A stretch of 64,000 bases of DNA from an uncultured Gammaproteobacteria bacterium (GTDB lineage: Bacteria; Patescibacteriota; Microgenomatia; UBA8517): positions 10,413 to 74,412 of the forward strand of contig CAYSJW010000009.1 of NCBI GenBank assembly GCA_964431555.1. The letters run 5' to 3'. Positions 1-8,628 of this stretch are shown in pieces. The position numbers and the translations under genes are program-made. Under the pieces are notes generated by a model. That model searched no databases, was not told the DNA's origin, and worked only from the letters and a program-made list of their open reading frames with translations. How positions within the stretch are numbered: the stretch's first letter is position 1; each line of letters opens with the position of its first letter.

Positions 1-2
1 CG

Positions 3-236
3 ATTACTATTATATTTTGGGTATTCTACAGCCTATATAATGTAATCAAATCGACACCACCGATTAATGTAGATCCCAAAATTCTCAAACCATTCAATCC
101 CAATCTTGACCAAGAAGCTTTGAACCGACTCGAAAATAGGATATTTTTCGAAGAAGGTCAAACAAGCTCTCCAACTATTAGCAAATCAGTTGAATTAATT
201 GAAAAGAACGAGAAATCCGAAGAAAATTTTGAATAA
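3..236 (+). CDS. 3' part of a hypothetical membrane-anchored protein (runs off the window start)
   Basis: Open frame ITIIFWVFYSLYNVIKSTPPINVDPKILKPFNPNLDQEALNRLENR...ENFE ending in TAA 234-236; not in the ORF track because it has no start inside the window. Confidence 0.7.
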   Translation: MTIIFWVFYSLYNVIKSTPPINVDPKILKPFNPNLDQEALNRLENRIFFEEGQTSSPTISKSVELIEKNEKSEENFE

Positions 237-264
237 AAAACAAAAATTCATTAACAAAAAATAT

Positions 265-294
265 TTGACTTAGAGATAAGATACAAACTATCAT
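265..294 (+). promoter_or_regulatory. Sigma70-type promoter, probably giving a leaderless mRNA
   Basis: TTGACT (265-270), 18 nt, TATCAT (289-294); ATG at 300 lies 5 nt downstream and there is no SD. Confidence 0.6.
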
Positions 295-299
295 TAACT

Positions 300-1286
300 A
301 TGCAAGACAATCAAAATTCAGCAAAAACAGAGGATTTAAACAATCTCAATAGCATTGGTAATTCTAGTTCAACCATTTCTGATTTATCTACAACCCAAAC
401 AGTAACTAACTCCTCCAACGATCCTAATAATCTTTCTGAAAAAATCCCAGAGTTAAACAGTCTTGACTCAAATCCAAACCTAACTAACCTGCCTTCTACT
501 GAAAGCAAACCCAATTTAGAAAACATAATTTCCCCTCCAGTTCCAGATAAGAAATACGAAAGCAAAAAGTTTATAGCCACCATCTTTGGTATTTTAATTC
601 TTGTCAGTAGTGTATCAATCGGTGTTTATCTCGTGCAAAAACAACAAGACATAAGAGAACGTGCAGCAAGCGGAAGCACTTGCGATCAAAGCCCTGATTG
701 TGAACTTGTGGATAATGCAGCAAACAAAGGCTCAAAAACCGTAGAAAGGCAAATAATCTACGTTGATATTACCGACAAAGAATACCACAGATATTATCCA
801 GGGGACACTGATGATGGTTGTAGAAAAGTAAATATTACATCTAATACAATCTCTTGGGAAAAATACGGAGAGGGGTCTAACTGCAAAGATATCAGTAACG
901 TTCAAATTTGGATGAGTAAGGAAGAACCATCAAATACGCCAACTCCTCTACCATCAATAACTCAATCTCCTACTATAACACAACCCCCAAGTATTAGTGC
1001 AAAGTGCTCTGATCTAAAAGTATACAGCCAAAACTGGAATCCTCTTTCTCAACAAGAACTCAATAAGCTAACGCCAGGAACAAAAGTAATATTCGCCGTA
1101 TCCGGTACTGCAAATTCAGGTATATTTGATAAGGCTAGATTTAGCGTCAATTCTAAAAGTTTGGGTGAAACTACTTTAAAAAAGCCAGTAACTGAGGAAT
1201 TCTATATCTACTACACAATACCTGAAAATACAGTAAATTTTAACGTTGAAGCACAGATACACCATTCAGAATTGGGTTGGTTTTGA
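300..1286 (+). CDS. Membrane-anchored surface protein (low-complexity N-terminus, TM + LVQKQQDIRERAA motif, Cys-containing domain, Pro/Thr linker, beta-rich C-terminal domain)
   Basis: 328-aa ORF; hydrophobic stretch FIATIFGILILVSSVSIGVYLV; PSNTPTPLPSITQSPT linker. Confidence 0.8.
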   Translation: MQDNQNSAKTEDLNNLNSIGNSSSTISDLSTTQTVTNSSNDPNNLSEKIPELNSLDSNPNLTNLPSTESKPNLENIISPPVPDKKYESKKFIATIFGILILVSSVSIGVYLVQKQQDIRERAASGSTCDQSPDCELVDNAANKGSKTVERQIIYVDITDKEYHRYYPGDTDDGCRKVNITSNTISWEKYGEGSNCKDISNVQIWMSKEEPSNTPTPLPSITQSPTITQPPSISAKCSDLKVYSQNWNPLSQQELNKLTPGTKVIFAVSGTANSGIFDKARFSVNSKSLGETTLKKPVTEEFYIYYTIPENTVNFNVEAQIHHSELGWF

Positions 1287-1330
1287 TAAATTCATTATTA
1301 AATTTGAATTTTAAGATATAAATTCTTAAA

Positions 1331-2089
1331 ATGAGCGATTTTATTAAAGGAAAATTCTTTACTATTCTAATAGTCACCATAACGGTAATTCTTGCCGGTG
1401 TAGCTATCTTTACAGCCATCAGACTATATCAATTAAGACAAGAGTCTATCAGTATAACTAGACCCGAAAGTGAACCATTAGCCTGGGATTGTAAAAATTA
1501 CACATTTTCTCTAAGTCAAACAGGTGAAGTCACAGTAAAAAACAGTTCAAGTAAAGACGAACCACCACAAAAAGCTCAAGTGTATATAAATAACCAACTC
1601 GTGCAAACATTTGATGTTCCAAAACTTACTTCAGGACAAAGTGCTACTTTAGGGACAGTTAATTTACCAGAAGGAGTTTTTTCATGGAAAGTGATAGGAA
1701 CCTTAGACTGCCAAAACTCAGGTACTTTAACAAAAGGCCCTATTGCCTGCACTCCTCTTCAATTCACAATTTCAAAAATAACAGCTACTCCTACTCCTAC
1801 AACCTCTTCCACTCCAACTCCGACTTCAACTTCAACCCCCACACCTACGGAAAAACCCATAGGGGGCAACAGTCCTACCCCTACTCAATCGGCAACTTCA
1901 ACTCCTACACCTACACCAAAAGAGGAACCTTCTCCCACACCAACACCTACAACCGGAAAAATTAGCGAAATTACGCCGACATCGGGCGGTTTGGCTTTAC
2001 CGGATGCCGGAGTTACCACACCAACCATTTTCGGAATCTTCCTAGGTGTACTTTTAATAATAATGGCTACTTTCCTTTTTGTTTTTTAA
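1331..2089 (+). CDS. Surface protein with a long Pro/Thr/Ser repeat and a C-terminal LPxxG (LPDAG)+TM sorting-like signal
   Basis: N-terminal TM; (TP)n repeats at aa ~150-215; LPDAGVTTPTIFGIFLGVLLIIMATFLFVF C-terminus. Confidence 0.8.
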   Translation: MSDFIKGKFFTILIVTITVILAGVAIFTAIRLYQLRQESISITRPESEPLAWDCKNYTFSLSQTGEVTVKNSSSKDEPPQKAQVYINNQLVQTFDVPKLTSGQSATLGTVNLPEGVFSWKVIGTLDCQNSGTLTKGPIACTPLQFTISKITATPTPTTSSTPTPTSTSTPTPTEKPIGGNSPTPTQSATSTPTPTPKEEPSPTPTPTTGKISEITPTSGGLALPDAGVTTPTIFGIFLGVLLIIMATFLFVF

Positions 2090-2155
2090 TTTACAAAGAA
2101 ACTAAAAAACTACTTGCCTTTACCAATTCACAAGTAGTATATTTTGCTAAGAAAT

Positions 2156-2287
2156 ATGTCTAGCTCTCTAAGAAAAAAACTTCTAACAGCATTGGGAGTA
2201 ATCCTCCTTTTGGGGGGAATCGCAGCTGGTTTATATTTAGTTCAACAAAACCAAGAGTACAGAGAAAAAGCAGCCACTCAAAATTAA
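2156..2287 (+). CDS. 43-aa membrane microprotein MSSSLRKKLLTALGVILLLGGIAAGLYLVQQNQEYREKAATQN (or a truncated surface-protein remnant)
   Basis: Hand translation from ATG 2156 to TAA 2285-2287; aligns with the TM/motif of ORF 300; upstream TTGCCT (2114-2119), 18 nt, TATATT (2138-2143). Confidence 0.75.
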   Translation: MSSSLRKKLLTALGVILLLGGIAAGLYLVQQNQEYREKAATQN

Positions 2288-2318
2288 ACTCCTTCATTAG
2301 TGTTGCTATACTTCATAT

Positions 2319-3971
2319 ATGCAAAGGTGTTTTTTTAATTTCCCAAAAAAATATCTAACCGAAACAATATTATTTATTTTATTTTTTCTCTTCTCCAATC
2401 TTATAATGTGGAAAACATTCAGATTAACTCCAGAAGAAAACCTCCAAATTGCAACCAAAGCATGGAGTGATTTTGCCGCTACAATACCTCTTATCCGTTC
2501 ATTTTCTTATGGAAATAATTTCCCTCCTGAATATCCAATTTATGCAGGCCCACCTATACGCTACCATTTTTTCTTCTTCATGATTGTAGGATTATTAGAA
2601 AAATTGGGTATTCCACTTGATTTGGCCTTGAATAGCTTAAGCACTCTAGGGTTTTTTTTACTACTTTCTGCTATCTATTTAGTGGGTAAAACTATCTTCA
2701 GAAGCAAGGCTATCGGAATCATTTCGACTGTTCTTTTTCTATTTAACGGATCGTTTGCTTATTTAGAATTTTTCAAAAATAATCCGCCATCACTTAAAAC
2801 CATTTCAGATATCATCGAAAACAGAAATTTTTCCTCCTTTGGCCCCTATGATGGAAGAATTGTTTCTGCTTTTTGGAATCTAAACGTATATACAAACCAA
2901 AGACATCTTGCACTGGCTTATTCTTTATTTATACTTTTACTTATCCTCATCTACAAATACTCGACAAAACTAAAAGTTTTTAATTGGTACAAAAGCTTTA
3001 TTTTAGGATTTTTTTTAGGATTAACTCCATTTTTGCACTTTAGTGTTTTTGTTATGTCTGGAGTGAGTCTGTTAATCTTCTTAATCATCTTTCCAAAAAT
3101 AAGGATAAAAATTTTTACTGCAGGAACTATCGCTCTACTTTTGGCAATTCCACAGTACCTTTATATGGGCCAATCAGAAGTGGCGGTAAAATTTTTCAAA
3201 CCCGGATACTTGATTGAAAACCTCTCCCTTTTCAACTTTATAAAATACTGGTTTTTAAATTTAGGATTGACTACTCTTTTAGCACCCATAGGATTTTTAC
3301 TTGCAACAAAAGAGCAAAGAAAAATCTTATTACCCTTCTTAGCATTCTTTCTTATCGGTAATCTTTTCCAATTCACACCAGATATGCCAACCAATCATAA
3401 ATTCTTCAATCTATTTCTAATAGGAGTCAACTTTTTCACTGCACTTTTTTTATACAAGACCTACACAAAGAATGCTTTAGGAAAGGTTTCAGTAACAATC
3501 GTCTTTCCATTTCTTATACTCAGTGGCATAATAGATTTTTTCCCAATAGTCAACGATAGATATATAACAATTCAGGATATACCCAATAACAAAGTGGCAA
3601 AATTCATAGCAGAAAATACACCGAAGGATTCTGTTTTTTTAAACTCCTCATATCTTTACAATCCTGCATCAATAGCCGGAAGAAAAATATATATGGGCTG
3701 GCCTTATTTCGCTTGGTCAGCAGGATATGATACAAACGCAAGGAAAGAAAAAATGAAAAAATTTTTTAAACCCAACAACCTTACAACTTTATGCAATCAA
3801 CTTATAAAAGAAGATATAGACTTCATAGAGATTAATAATCGTACCGGTTTGGAAGATATTGAAATTAATGATCAATTTTTTGAAAATAATTTTATTGATA
3901 TCTACAAAAGTGAAGCATCTTATACTAAGATATACGATGTTAAAAAATCATGTCAATCAAATATTTACTAA
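2319..3971 (+). CDS. Polytopic GT-C-fold glycosyltransferase-like membrane protein
   Basis: WSD motif after the first TM, many TM helices, soluble C-terminal domain (TPKDSVFL...AGRKIYMGWP); extended -10 TGcTATACT 6 nt before the ATG. Confidence 0.7.
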   Translation: MQRCFFNFPKKYLTETILFILFFLFSNLIMWKTFRLTPEENLQIATKAWSDFAATIPLIRSFSYGNNFPPEYPIYAGPPIRYHFFFFMIVGLLEKLGIPLDLALNSLSTLGFFLLLSAIYLVGKTIFRSKAIGIISTVLFLFNGSFAYLEFFKNNPPSLKTISDIIENRNFSSFGPYDGRIVSAFWNLNVYTNQRHLALAYSLFILLLILIYKYSTKLKVFNWYKSFILGFFLGLTPFLHFSVFVMSGVSLLIFLIIFPKIRIKIFTAGTIALLLAIPQYLYMGQSEVAVKFFKPGYLIENLSLFNFIKYWFLNLGLTTLLAPIGFLLATKEQRKILLPFLAFFLIGNLFQFTPDMPTNHKFFNLFLIGVNFFTALFLYKTYTKNALGKVSVTIVFPFLILSGIIDFFPIVNDRYITIQDIPNNKVAKFIAENTPKDSVFLNSSYLYNPASIAGRKIYMGWPYFAWSAGYDTNARKEKMKKFFKPNNLTTLCNQLIKEDIDFIEINNRTGLEDIEINDQFFENNFIDIYKSEASYTKIYDVKKSCQSNIY

Positions 3972-5379
3972 AAAAATAAAAATTAACATTAACACCTTAT
4001 TTCCCCTTTGTATTTTTTCTTCATTATATTCATCCTCTTTTGGCCTGATTCCCTACCTTGATGGAGGTATTGACTTCGTCAAAAGTTTTGATTTTTTTAG
4101 TGGAGGGTTTAAAAAACTTTTCCAAAACTGGGTCTCTGTACACCCTCCAGGAAAAGAGTTTATAAGCCTACTATTATTTTCAACTTTAGGCATTAACAAG
4201 TTCTCATATAGTTTAATAGGATTAGTATTTGGAATAATTGGCATTATATTATTTCATCAATTTGTATTAAAATTATCCGACAAAAAAATAGCAAACTTTG
4301 CTTCTATTCTCTTAGCTGCAAATCCACTTTTTATATCTGTAGGAATATTTAGTTTAACAGATTATCTACTTGCAATATTTGTCATTGGCTCATTTTATTT
4401 TTATTTAGAGAGAAAATGGTTTCTCATGACAATCTTTTTAAGCTTCGCATTCCTAACCAAAGAAACTGGTATTTTATGTTCAATATCGATAGGATTAGTA
4501 GAACTGACTCTTAACAATAAAAAACTCATCAAGAAACGGGTTCTCTTTTTAAAATTTCTAGCGAGTATATTATTCCCCTTCTTACTATTTTTAATTTGGT
4601 ACTTATTCCTTAAACTTCACAGTAAACCTTTCTGGACTGACTGGAATTTTTCAGAAACATCTAGCAAAGGAAGTTTATATACTATTATTCACAACATATT
4701 ATCATTTTCATTCCTCAATAAATATGCCTATCAAAATTGGTTACATCTTTTCTTTCTTAACTTTAACTGGGTTTACTGGTTATTAATAATTGTAGGATTG
4801 TTAATCTTTATCAGAAAAACATTAAAAAATAAAAGATACACGAAGATTACTAAATCAGAAAAAACAAAGTTATCAATAACCCTGTTCTTTCTTTTCTATA
4901 ACGTTATTGCACTCTCTTATCAAACTTTTACAATACCAAGATATATATTACCCTGCGTACCGATTCTAATTCTTTGGGTTTCTTCATCAATAAAGACAAT
5001 TACAAAATTTCTAAAGATAAAGAATTTTTATTTATATTTAATAGTTCCTATTTTTTCAATAAACGCTGTTTCTCTTTTTTTCTCCCTTGATCCGATATCC
5101 TCCAGAGTTTGGGGGAAGGAAAAAATATATGGCGAAGAAATATACTCCCTAAGAAAACACCTAGCAGGAAATGATGGGATTACATACAACCTACAATATG
5201 TGACTATCACAAGACGGCGTACTAAAGATATCCTTAATTCGGCTAAAAGTGGTAATATCATATCTAGCGACTGTAGCTGGATTTTTCCCGACCCTAGAAA
5301 TGACAAGAGAATATTACAAGCTCTTAAAATAAATATTGACATAGAAAAACCTTGTTTTAACATAGGCTACTTAAGATAA
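3937..5379 (+). CDS. GT-C (PMT/ArnT-like) glycosyltransferase
   Basis: DGG and HPP loop, 'LTDYL', 'LTKETG', 'PRYILP' motifs; ATG 3937 preferred over TTG 3859 because it gives less overlap. Confidence 0.75.
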   Translation: MLKNHVNQIFTKKIKININTLFPLCIFSSLYSSSFGLIPYLDGGIDFVKSFDFFSGGFKKLFQNWVSVHPPGKEFISLLLFSTLGINKFSYSLIGLVFGIIGIILFHQFVLKLSDKKIANFASILLAANPLFISVGIFSLTDYLLAIFVIGSFYFYLERKWFLMTIFLSFAFLTKETGILCSISIGLVELTLNNKKLIKKRVLFLKFLASILFPFLLFLIWYLFLKLHSKPFWTDWNFSETSSKGSLYTIIHNILSFSFLNKYAYQNWLHLFFLNFNWVYWLLIIVGLLIFIRKTLKNKRYTKITKSEKTKLSITLFFLFYNVIALSYQTFTIPRYILPCVPILILWVSSSIKTITKFLKIKNFYLYLIVPIFSINAVSLFFSLDPISSRVWGKEKIYGEEIYSLRKHLAGNDGITYNLQYVTITRRRTKDILNSAKSGNIISSDCSWIFPDPRNDKRILQALKINIDIEKPCFNIGYLR

Positions 5380-5385
5380 AAGAAT

Positions 5386-7407
5386 ATGTTTTTTTCAGAC
5401 TTTTACTATATGGTTAACTGGTGGTTTTTATTTTTAATTTTCGGAATTGTATTGCTACCGACCACTTACTTATTTTTTAAAAGATTTTTTGACACTGGAT
5501 ACGGATTTTCGAAAACAGTTGGTTTGCTAGCAGTTTCATACTTAATTTTTATTCTATCTACATTTAAAATTGTTCCCTTCACAAGGATTTCAATTATATT
5601 TATCCTTTTTATATTTCTAATTTTTAATATTCATATTTTTCTAAAATACAAAGATAATTTTTTGACTTCATTCAAAAAAAGAATAAAAATAATTATCTTC
5701 CAGGAAATTTATTTTACTCTTGGCTTCAGTTTCTGGTGCATGATAAGAGGATACCAACCAGATATAAACGGTTTGGAAAAATTCATGGATTATGGATTTG
5801 TGAATTCTATTTTGAGATCCAATTATCTGCCCCCCGCAGACATGTGGTTTGCAGGAGAAACAATTAACTACTATTGGTTTGGGCATTTCTTAACCGCCCT
5901 CGCTACAAAACTTTCAAACATTCCCTCAGAAATAACCTACAACCTAATGTTGGCAACTCTACTTGGCCTAACGCTAACAGGAATCTTTTCTCTCGTTACC
6001 ACTTTATTCGAAAAAATTAATTTAAAATTTAAAAAAATTGCAGTAATTGCAGGAATTTTATCCTCTCTTTTAGTCACATTCGGAGGAAATTTCCACACCC
6101 CCTTTTATGTGCTTAAAAACGGTAAAGAAAATTACTGGTATCCTGACGCAACTCGATTTATTGGCTATAATCCTGAAACAAATGATAAAACAATCCACGA
6201 ATTTCCCATCTATTCATTTGTCGTTTCCGATCTTCATGCACACCTTATTAACCTTCCAGTGGTAATACTTTTCATAAGCCTTCTTTATAAATCCATAACC
6301 TCGAAAAAAACGAGATTAGCCACAGCCAAAATACTACCTTTAGGATCTTTGTTGGGAATAATGTTCATGACCAGCACATGGGATTTTGGAAACTACCTAA
6401 TTCTAACAGGTATTTCCACCCTGGCATTTTATATATTCAAAAGCAATTTAACATTTCAGCAAATTTTAAAATCAGGGCTTTTTTTAGTAGGGACAGTAAC
6501 AATTAGCATTTTGACAGCACTCCCTTTTATTATTAATTTCACTTCTATCGCAAAGGGAATAGATTTTGTCAACGCTCATACCCCGCTTTGGCAGTTAGGA
6601 ATCTTGTGGGGTTTTCCCGCAATACTTACCCTTTTATTTACCATTAATCTAACTAAAATAAAGATAGTCAAAAATTCTGATCTTTATGTAGCTGTTCTTT
6701 TGTGTTCATCCTGGATTTTAATAGTCATTCCGGAAATTCTTTATGTAAAAGATATCTATATAGCCAGCCATCACAGAGCCAACACCATGTTCAAGCTTAC
6801 ATATCAGGCTTTTGTCATGTCTTACATTACCTCCGGCTATATAGCTTTAAGATTTATAAACTCTATTCAAAATATTGTTAAAAAAACCCTGGCAATATTA
6901 ACTTTCACAATACTTTTCGCCAGTGTTCTTTGGTATCCTAAATTCGCAATCAACTCCTACTATCACAATCTTAAGAATTATATTGGCCTAAACGGAACAA
7001 TCTGGCTAAAAGAAGAAAATCCCGATCTATACTTTTTAATAAAATGGTTTAACAAAAACATTAAAGGACAACCTGTTATCCTCGAAGCTCCAGGAGATAG
7101 TTATACTGAATATAATGTTATTTCTTCCTACACTGGTTTACCGACCGTTAGCGGCTGGTTTGTTCATGAGTGGTTATGGAGGGGAGATTCAAGTTTCCCA
7201 CAAAAAAGAGTTACAGATATAACAGAAATTTACACAAATCCCAACCAAAAACTTACAAGATCACTTTTGGAAAAATACAAAGTTGAGTATGTTATCATTG
7301 GAAAAAATGAAAGACAAAAGTTCCCTAACATAGATGAAAAAAAATTTAATGAGTTAGGAACTATGGTATTTGAAAATTTAAGTACCAAAGTTTATAAAAT
7401 CAATTAG
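5386..7407 (+). CDS. DUF2298 / YYY-domain membrane protein (GT-C-like)
   Basis: EKFMD, INYYWFGH, TIHEFPIYSF, DLHAH, RANTMFK, TGLPTVSGW..HEWLWR motifs. Confidence 0.85.
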   Translation: MFFSDFYYMVNWWFLFLIFGIVLLPTTYLFFKRFFDTGYGFSKTVGLLAVSYLIFILSTFKIVPFTRISIIFILFIFLIFNIHIFLKYKDNFLTSFKKRIKIIIFQEIYFTLGFSFWCMIRGYQPDINGLEKFMDYGFVNSILRSNYLPPADMWFAGETINYYWFGHFLTALATKLSNIPSEITYNLMLATLLGLTLTGIFSLVTTLFEKINLKFKKIAVIAGILSSLLVTFGGNFHTPFYVLKNGKENYWYPDATRFIGYNPETNDKTIHEFPIYSFVVSDLHAHLINLPVVILFISLLYKSITSKKTRLATAKILPLGSLLGIMFMTSTWDFGNYLILTGISTLAFYIFKSNLTFQQILKSGLFLVGTVTISILTALPFIINFTSIAKGIDFVNAHTPLWQLGILWGFPAILTLLFTINLTKIKIVKNSDLYVAVLLCSSWILIVIPEILYVKDIYIASHHRANTMFKLTYQAFVMSYITSGYIALRFINSIQNIVKKTLAILTFTILFASVLWYPKFAINSYYHNLKNYIGLNGTIWLKEENPDLYFLIKWFNKNIKGQPVILEAPGDSYTEYNVISSYTGLPTVSGWFVHEWLWRGDSSFPQKRVTDITEIYTNPNQKLTRSLLEKYKVEYVIIGKNERQKFPNIDEKKFNELGTMVFENLSTKVYKIN

Positions 7408-8542
7408 AACAGCTGCCCCCTTTCAATAAACACTTAACCCAATTTTGTACTTCGCTCCAATTTCCTCTCTTTGGTATAAAAACATATAAATTATCGTATT
7501 TAGAAGATTTTGGAGGATTCTCCAAGAGATTCTCTGGGATAACAAAAGTCTCCGTATTATTTCTCGCATCAAAAATCATTCTCGCCAAAATTACACCCTC
7601 ACTTTCAGTTATATCCGTTTCAAAAGCAGAAAAAAATACATTCTTTAACTGCAATAACTTCCGGGGAGATAAAATTATATTTTTATCTAAAATCTTATCT
7701 TTAATAGCTTCAACGATTTTTTGTTGCCTTTTCTGCCTAGCAAAATCTGTTCCCTCATCTCCTTCAGCATTCCTCGAACGCGCAAATTTAAGAGCGGTTT
7801 CCCCGTCCATAAATTGTTTCCCCTTCTTGAAACTTACAGTCTCATAACGACACTTGTATTCCGGATCACCGCCACATAAATCACTTTCCTTACCCGGTAT
7901 GGGATACTTTTCATCGGTAAACGAATTCTCAACATCCACTTCAATACCACCTAAAGCATCAATTATCTCCTTAAATCCGGAAAAATCTAAAACCACAGCA
8001 TAATGAACATGCTGTCCTAAAATTTCCTCTACCGAAGATTTAGCCAAAATCACACCCCCACCAACCTCCTTTTTATTTCCCCAATAATAAAGACTGTTTA
8101 ATTTTGTTCTCAAAGGAGAAATCCATATATCCCTGGGGAGTGAAATTATTGTAATCTTCCTTGAATTTCTATCTAAGGACAACAAAAGTATAGTATCGGT
8201 TAAATCCGGTGCTTCATGACCATTACCACCTTTCCCAAGAATCAAAATGTTGGTTCTACCTTCAATTTCTTTGACAACATTTCTCGGAACAAAAACAAAA
8301 TTCTTTATCAAGCTAGAATAATAGGGTAATTTTGTCCTCTTAATCAAGTTACTGAAAAGAAAGATTATCAAACAAAATAGCGCAACAATGCCCAAAAAAA
8401 GTGCTCCCCTTAAAATCCAAATATGTTTAAGAAGCTTTCTTTTTACACGAGAAAGAAAAACCTTTCTTTTATTTACCTTAGATGATGAAAGGTCAATATC
8501 ATTATCATTTCCATCATCCCTAACTTTTCCTAAGACCTGCAT
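7400..8542 (-). CDS. LCP (LytR-CpsA-Psr) family phosphotransferase
   Basis: TM, then NILILG, DTILL, SLPRD, 'ALKFARSR', 'DFARQKRQQ'. Confidence 0.93.
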   Translation of the reverse strand: MQVLGKVRDDGNDNDIDLSSSKVNKRKVFLSRVKRKLLKHIWILRGALFLGIVALFCLIIFLFSNLIKRTKLPYYSSLIKNFVFVPRNVVKEIEGRTNILILGKGGNGHEAPDLTDTILLLSLDRNSRKITIISLPRDIWISPLRTKLNSLYYWGNKKEVGGGVILAKSSVEEILGQHVHYAVVLDFSGFKEIIDALGGIEVDVENSFTDEKYPIPGKESDLCGGDPEYKCRYETVSFKKGKQFMDGETALKFARSRNAEGDEGTDFARQKRQQKIVEAIKDKILDKNIILSPRKLLQLKNVFFSAFETDITESEGVILARMIFDARNNTETFVIPENLLENPPKSSKYDNLYVFIPKRGNWSEVQNWVKCLLKGGSCSN

Positions 8543-8628
8543 GTTAAAATGGTATTCAAGTTTATCTCAAAAGCAAACCCAAAGAAAGATGAATTGGGTC
8601 AATTTAAAAGAGTTTAAACCCAATAATT

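Noticed and set aside
1780-1980. ACTCC/ACACC repeats as a CRISPR array or DNA repeat element
   Set aside because: They are codons of the (Thr-Pro)n linker; there is no repeat-spacer structure and no cas gene.
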